DNA of 64,000 nucleotides, taken from NCBI GenBank assembly GCA_965261345.1, contig OZ253449.1, positions 512,001 through 576,000 of the forward strand, read 5' to 3'. This stretch comes from Chloroflexota bacterium (GTDB lineage: Bacteria > Chloroflexota > UBA11872 > VXNJ01). Every line of letters begins with the position of its first letter. Positions within the stretch are counted from its first letter, which is position 1. The translations under genes and the position numbers were made by a program. Under the pieces are notes generated by a model. That model did not search any database. It was given only the letters and a program-made list of their open reading frames with translations, and was not told where the DNA came from. Below are positions 58,856-64,000 of the stretch, piece by piece.

Positions 58856-59818
58856 GTGTTAATCGGCAACAACCTCAAGCCCAGCCTTTGCCTGGGTGCG
58901 GTCGCGTGCGATATCTCCATAACCGGGCTGGCAGCATTCCCCGAACCCGAAACCGAGTTCTCGCCGCGATCTGACATCTTGCACCAACGACCCGCCAGAT
59001 TGATTGCCGCCGGCACCGCCGGGAATTCCGCGTTGGCCTGCGCCGCGCTAGCCGGAAAAGCTCGTCTGCTGGGGCCGGTCGGTGATGACCTATTAGGCCG
59101 TACCATCAGGACCGCGTTCGCCGAGGGCGGCGTGGAGTTGGCGGGCGGCGGCGCGACGACGACCGCGACCCACGTGATTGCCAATTCGACCGACGATCGG
59201 CGACAGGCCTTCTACTACCCGGGTGAGCCGATCCGATTGCAACAAACTCCGCCTGACTGGGCCGCCGCCAATCTCCTCTTTTCCGGCCTAAATCTCTGCG
59301 TTGAGCGGCCAATTACGCCCGGTGTCATCGAGCTCGCCGAAATCGCCCATAGAGTCGGGGCGATCGTCGCGCTCGATGTCGGCCAAGCCGGCGCCAACAT
59401 GCTCACCTTTGGTGAGCTGGCCCAGCTGGAGGGTGCGATCGACATTCTGATCGGATCCCACTACGAATGGGGGCTGGTGTTGGGGCAGCGGCCCGAGACG
59501 CGAATCCATCGCCTGCGCGCGATCACACCCGGCCATGTGGTGGTGAAGCTAGGCGGCCAGGGCGCCCGGCTCTATTGCCCGGGCCACCGCGACCCCGTCA
59601 ATATTGGGGCGGCGCGGGTGACCGAGCGCAACCCGATCGGGGCCGGCGACGCCTTCGCCGGGGGGATGCTGGCGGCGATAGCCGCCGGTAGGGAGTTGCC
59701 CGAGGCCTGTCGCTGGGGATCGGCGGCCGGGGCGGCTGCGGTTGAATCCGAAGGCGGACCAGGCTCCATCAGCTTTGAACGGGTGCAACGGCTGCACGCC
59801 GAAATCTGCCTTAACTAG
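58856..59818 (+). CDS. PfkB-family carbohydrate kinase
   Basis: G.AGN.A, G.VGDD..G, VVKLG..GA, IGAGDAF.GG. Confidence 0.88.
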   Translation: MLIGNNLKPSLCLGAVACDISITGLAAFPEPETEFSPRSDILHQRPARLIAAGTAGNSALACAALAGKARLLGPVGDDLLGRTIRTAFAEGGVELAGGGATTTATHVIANSTDDRRQAFYYPGEPIRLQQTPPDWAAANLLFSGLNLCVERPITPGVIELAEIAHRVGAIVALDVGQAGANMLTFGELAQLEGAIDILIGSHYEWGLVLGQRPETRIHRLRAITPGHVVVKLGGQGARLYCPGHRDPVNIGAARVTERNPIGAGDAFAGGMLAAIAAGRELPEACRWGSAAGAAAVESEGGPGSISFERVQRLHAEICLN

Positions 59819-60202
59819 CACCCGGCCCCGGCTCGCCCGCGTCATTGCCGGGTTCGCCGCCAAGCGGCTATGCCATCACCCCGGTTAGAGCCTCGTGGCG
59901 TCGGTCATATGCCCGACTTTTTAGGAAGGCATCGGCATCGCTTGGCTTTCGTTATTGGGGTTGCAAGGTTTTCATTCCCCACCAATCGCAGCAGATCAAC
60001 GGCTCCAGGTGAGCCGGTTTGGCACCGTACCGGACGCCCGGAAATTGCCGACCCACCACCCGGACGGAGGGCGGCCTGGACGATAGGACGCTCCGCGCGG
60101 TCTTTCTGCACGAACTGGCGATAGGCGGTAATGGCAACTGCGTGCGCGTGCGGGCCCGCGCCAGGCAACGGGTCCGAGCTGCTGCCAAAACAGGCAAATC
60201 CG

Positions 60203-61129
60203 TTAGCGCGGCGCAATCAATCCGCGAACGTAGGCAGCGTTTTGTTCCATGGCCCGGCGAAAGTCCCATCCCTCCGAGTAATCGCCCTCGAAGGTGAGGT
60301 AGCCCTGGTATTCCGCGGCGGCCAATTCGCTGATCGCCCACCGCCAGTCAATGTCACCGCGTTCAAGCAGGCTGGTTCGCACAAATGCGGCGCGGTCAAG
60401 TCCGGGCACAAACAACCGGCGCAAGTTTTTAAGGTGTACGTAGGCCGCGTGGCGGGCCAGTTTGGCCATTGCGTCCTCGGACGATTCGATCGGTATCGCG
60501 TGCGCCCAAAGGATGTTCCCGAGGTCGGGGTTCAACCCGGCGTTGGGGCGATCGATTTGATTTAGCAGGGCGATGGCCGAGTCTGAATCGTCAATGTAGG
60601 AATTTTGGTGAATCTCCAACGAGACCACCAGCCCGTGGTCTTGGGCCCGGTCGCAGAGCTGGGCGAGCGTGGCGGCAACCTGGAGTTTCTCGTCGGCCGA
60701 CCGCCCGCTGCCACTGCCCAGAGGACGCTTGGCGCCAACTAGGTATTCGGACGGCAGGCCAGGGATCGCTGCGGCGGCTGCCGGTCCGGGCAGCGTCAGG
60801 TTGATGACCTTGGCGCCCAGGCGATTTGCAATCGCCACCGATCCCAGCAACCGCCGGATTTGAACAGGATCATTTGCTCCCAGTGAAAACCCTCCGGGGT
60901 TGTACGAGGCAGCTTCGAGACCGGCATCGGCCAGTTCCCTGGCCACCTCGTCCAGCTCGGAGGCGCTAAAGGCCGGAAAGTCCTGGTGGGCGGTCGAGAG
61001 CTCGCACCCGTCGAACCCGACCGCGCGGGCCCAGGCAAAAATGTCCCGCATAATGGCGGTCGGCATTTTTTGGCCGGGCCGGTGGCGATACGGATACCAG
61101 CGCCGCGGGTACCTAAAACCCAGTTTCAT
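60203..61129 (-). CDS. Sugar phosphate isomerase/epimerase (TIM barrel)
   Basis: GFDG.EL, SLEIH, NPDLGN, HLKN, GDIDW, Y.GYLTFE. Real start ATG 61129 (MKLGF) behind AAAGGGA. Confidence 0.87.
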   Translation of the reverse strand: MKLGFRYPRRWYPYRHRPGQKMPTAIMRDIFAWARAVGFDGCELSTAHQDFPAFSASELDEVARELADAGLEAASYNPGGFSLGANDPVQIRRLLGSVAIANRLGAKVINLTLPGPAAAAAIPGLPSEYLVGAKRPLGSGSGRSADEKLQVAATLAQLCDRAQDHGLVVSLEIHQNSYIDDSDSAIALLNQIDRPNAGLNPDLGNILWAHAIPIESSEDAMAKLARHAAYVHLKNLRRLFVPGLDRAAFVRTSLLERGDIDWRWAISELAAAEYQGYLTFEGDYSEGWDFRRAMEQNAAYVRGLIAPR

Positions 61130-61294
61130 TTGCACAAAATCCCTTTTCAAATAACCTAATCTGAAAGCTGGCCGCCAATGGCCGTTAGATAATCTTTGAA
61201 CGCCTCGCCCGGACTTGACCGCGCCAAACCGGGACAGGCATTTTTTGGCTATGCCTAAAGACCGTTCAACAAGCCACCAAAGCCGGTGTACCTG

Positions 61295-62827
61295 ATGTCC
61301 GAGCCGTCCAGCGCCCAAGATTTTGCCACCCGTTCGGCCCAGATTAGCGACCTTGGCAACGTCCTTTCCCTGCTCTATTGGGACCAGCGCACGCAGATGC
61401 CGCCAGGCGGGGCCGAAGCGCGCGCTCATCAGATAGCCACAATCGAGAGTTTGGCCCACCAAAAGCTGACCGACCCTGGCTACGCACGCGCCCTCGAATA
61501 TGCCGAGCAATCGGCCCCGCAAGACCCGGCCAGCTTCGAACGCGCCAGTTGCCGGGTCGCACGCCGGCGAATTCAGGATGCGGTGCGACTGCCATCGGAG
61601 TTCGTCGAGGATCTGGCCTGGGCCGCATCGGCAGCGGTTGGCACCTGGGTGCGAGCGCGCGAGCGCGGCGATTTTGCCGCATTCGCCCCGCACTTGGAAA
61701 CCCTGGTTGGGCTGCAGCGGCGCAAGGCCGAACTTCTCGGATACGAAGACAACCCCTACGACGCACTGCTAGGGATTTACGAACCCGGCTTGACCACAAG
61801 CCGGGTTTCGGAGCTGTTTGCGGCGCTGCGCGAACGCCTGGCGGCGCTGCTGGCCAGGATAGGTCCGCAATTGGAAGGCGACTCCGATTCGGTTTTGCAC
61901 GGGCGGTTCGATCCCGATTCGCAGATCGCCCTGACCCGGCAAATAATCTCGGAGCTCGGATACGACTTTCAACGCGGGCGGCAGGATTTAACCGTTCATC
62001 CGTTTGCGGTTTCGATTGGCGGCGGGGATGTGCGGGTAACGCTTCGAACTGAACCGGATTTTCTCGGGATGGCGGTGTTTGCCTCCATCCATGAAGCCGG
62101 ACACGCCATGCACTCCCAGGGCGTACCGGGAAACCTGTCCCGGACCGCGCTGGGCGACTGCGAATCGCTGGTAATCTGTGAATCGCAATCCCGCCTCTGG
62201 GAGAACATGGTCGGCCGTTCGCGGCCGTTCGCTGACCGCTTGCTAGCGGGACTGAGCCAATACTTTCCCTCGGATTTTGCGGACGTTTCGCCCGACCTGC
62301 TGTATCGTGACTGCAACCGGGTTAGGGCCGGCTTTATCCGGGTTGAATCCGACGAAATTCACTACAACTTGCATGTGATCCTGCGATTTGAGATCGAACA
62401 GGAATTAATTTCGGGCCAACTGGCGGTGGGCAATGTCCCCGAGCGCTGGGCCGAACTCTCAGCCGAATTGCTCGGGGTTACGCCGCCCGATGATGCCCAC
62501 GGGTGCCTGCAAGACGTGCACTGGTCGCAGGCGGCGATGGGTTACTTTCCCACCTACAGTTTGGGCAATCTGCTCGCCGCCCAGCTCTACCAGGCCGCGT
62601 TGGAGCAGGATAGCCGGATCGCCGAACAATGCCAGAGTGGGGTCTATTCCGGATTGCTCGATTGGATGCAGCAGCGCGTGCACCGGCACGGGTCCAAGTG
62701 GAACGCCAGCGAGTTGGCCGACTACGAACTTGGGTGCGAGCTCGACGCCGAGCCCTTCCTAAATTACCTGGAGAGTAAATTCGACTCGCTCTATCCATCG
62801 GGCGCAGGAGTGGCCGGAAATGCTTGA
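61295..62827 (+). CDS. M32 carboxypeptidase (Taq-like)
   Basis: WDQ.T.MP, YDALL..YEPG, HPF, HEAGH, ESQSR, IRVE.DE..Y.LH, G.LQDVHW, YFPTY.LG. Confidence 0.95.
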   Translation: MSEPSSAQDFATRSAQISDLGNVLSLLYWDQRTQMPPGGAEARAHQIATIESLAHQKLTDPGYARALEYAEQSAPQDPASFERASCRVARRRIQDAVRLPSEFVEDLAWAASAAVGTWVRARERGDFAAFAPHLETLVGLQRRKAELLGYEDNPYDALLGIYEPGLTTSRVSELFAALRERLAALLARIGPQLEGDSDSVLHGRFDPDSQIALTRQIISELGYDFQRGRQDLTVHPFAVSIGGGDVRVTLRTEPDFLGMAVFASIHEAGHAMHSQGVPGNLSRTALGDCESLVICESQSRLWENMVGRSRPFADRLLAGLSQYFPSDFADVSPDLLYRDCNRVRAGFIRVESDEIHYNLHVILRFEIEQELISGQLAVGNVPERWAELSAELLGVTPPDDAHGCLQDVHWSQAAMGYFPTYSLGNLLAAQLYQAALEQDSRIAEQCQSGVYSGLLDWMQQRVHRHGSKWNASELADYELGCELDAEPFLNYLESKFDSLYPSGAGVAGNA

Positions 62828-64000
62828 AACCTTGGCCCAATTTTTGCTTTTTAAGGCCCTCAATCGATGGTCGGGTTCGCGCCTCGTGCTCCAGCTCCCG
62901 GGCGGCGGCCGACGTGCTTTCGGCCCTCCCGGCGGACAACAGTACGTGGTTACGGTCCACCACAAACGCGCGTTCCTGCGCCTGGCCACGGGCGGGACAA
63001 CCGGCGCCGGTGAGTCCTACATGGACGGGGACTGGACCGCCGACAACCTGCCCGGGTTGGTGGCCGCGGCGCTGGCCAATACCGCCGCGATCTCACTAGA
63101 TGGGCCGCTATCGCTGGGGCGCCGCATAATCGACCTCGCCCGCCACAAACGCCGGGCCAACACCCGCGACGGCAGCGAAGACAACATTCATGCCCACTAC
63201 GACCTGGGGAATGAGTTCTTCAGGCTTTTTCTCGATGCCGAAACGATGGCATACTCGTGCGCTATTTTTGAGCCCGGCGACGATTTGGCCGCCGGTCAAA
63301 AGCGGAAATTTGAAGCGATCTGCCAACGCCTGGACCTGGGTCCGGATGACCACGTGCTCGAGATTGGCTGCGGCTGGGGCGGCTTTGCAATTTACGCCGC
63401 CGCGACCCGCAGCTGCCGTGTGACCGGGATTACCATATCACGCGAACAGCAGGCCCTGGCCCGCCAACGGGCGGCCGAGGCTGACCTGGGCGAACGGATC
63501 GCGATAGAGTACTGCGACTATCGCGATATTTCCGGCAAGTTCGACAAGGTCGTCTCGATCGAGATGTTCGAGGCGGTCGGAAAGGAATTTTGGAACGAGT
63601 TTTTTGCGGTTTGCGCCCGCGCCCTGCGGCCGGGCGGCAAGATGTTGTTGCAGACGATCGCAATCCCCGACTTCGGCACGGCCAATGCCTTGCGGGCTTC
63701 GGGCTGGATTTCCAAGTACATTTTTCCGGGTGGGATCCTGCCGGCGGTGGTTGAAATCGCCGAGTCGCTGGCCGGCACCGGCCAGCAATTGCAGATCGCC
63801 GATGAACGGGAGATCGGGCCTCATTACGTCCAGACTCTTTGCGAGTGGCGGCGGCGCTTCCAGGGCGCCCTGCCGCAGGTAAAGGCGATCGGGTTTGACG
63901 ACCGATTCGTGCGCATGTGGGACTTTTACCTTGGATCCTGCGCCGGGGCATTTGAATCCCGCTCGATCCGCGATGTCCAGCTTCTGCTGGTGCGGCGACC
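62820..64000 (+). CDS. cfa: Cyclopropane-fatty-acyl-phospholipid synthase family methyltransferase (3' truncated; absent from ORF track)
   Basis: ATG 62820 overlaps the M32 gene end; GESYMDGDW, NIHAHYDLGNEFF, YSCA, VLEIGCGWGG, SIEMFEAVG, YIFPGG, RMWDFYL..C. Confidence 0.92.
   Translation, partial: MLETLAQFLLFKALNRWSGSRLVLQLPGGGRRAFGPPGGQQYVVTVHHKRAFLRLATGGTTGAGESYMDGDWTADNLPGLVAAALANTAAISLDGPLSLGRRIIDLARHKRRANTRDGSEDNIHAHYDLGNEFFRLFLDAETMAYSCAIFEPGDDLAAGQKRKFEAICQRLDLGPDDHVLEIGCGWGGFAIYAAATRSCRVTGITISREQQALARQRAAEADLGERIAIEYCDYRDISGKFDKVVSIEMFEAVGKEFWNEFFAVCARALRPGGKMLLQTIAIPDFGTANALRASGWISKYIFPGGILPAVVEIAESLAGTGQQLQIADEREIGPHYVQTLCEWRRRFQGALPQVKAIGFDDRFVRMWDFYLGSCAGAFESRSIRDVQLLLVRR

Noticed and set aside
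59956-59984. tRNA or tmRNA suggested by GGGG...CCCCACCA
   Set aside because: Only ~28 nt, with no D, anticodon or T arms and no tag reading frame.
61130-61693. N-terminal 188 aa of ORF 60203..61693
   Set aside because: Overlaps the M32 gene in antisense; the real start is ATG 61129 with an RBS.

Overview
High-GC bacterial chromosomal window, mostly housekeeping. Gene content (dnaG-rpoD, murJ-lepA, DUF58/transglutaminase with a trio of small membrane proteins, several TIM-barrel isomerases, PhyH, M32 peptidase) suggests a Chloroflexota-like organism, but that is inference only. It opens with two stacked IS1182-family elements sharing a CTAG target that is also the stop codon of an NCS2 permease. 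Then come ppdK, dnaG-rpoD, gltBD, a long divergent transketolase, hisHAFIE, murJ-lepA, argCJB/argDGH, metE, an OatA-like O-acyltransferase, pcrA plus an ATP-dependent DNA ligase, a short argA, a long mixed operon, secG, an aspA/fumC-family lyase, PfkB, an M32 carboxypeptidase and a cfa gene cut by the window edge. I found no CRISPR array, tRNA, rRNA, prophage or clear defence system. Best leads: (1) an ATP-dependent ligase with a tandemly duplicated, complementarily degenerated OB domain, lying behind pcrA; (2) IS stacking at a CTAG stop codon; (3) RpoD with two region-1.1 modules; (4) two apparent pseudo-enzymes in one operon; (5) conserved N-termini lacking canonical starts (ACG in gltD); (6) a ~190-nt rod-like structured intergenic element after secG. 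All calls come from reading motifs by eye; no searches were run.
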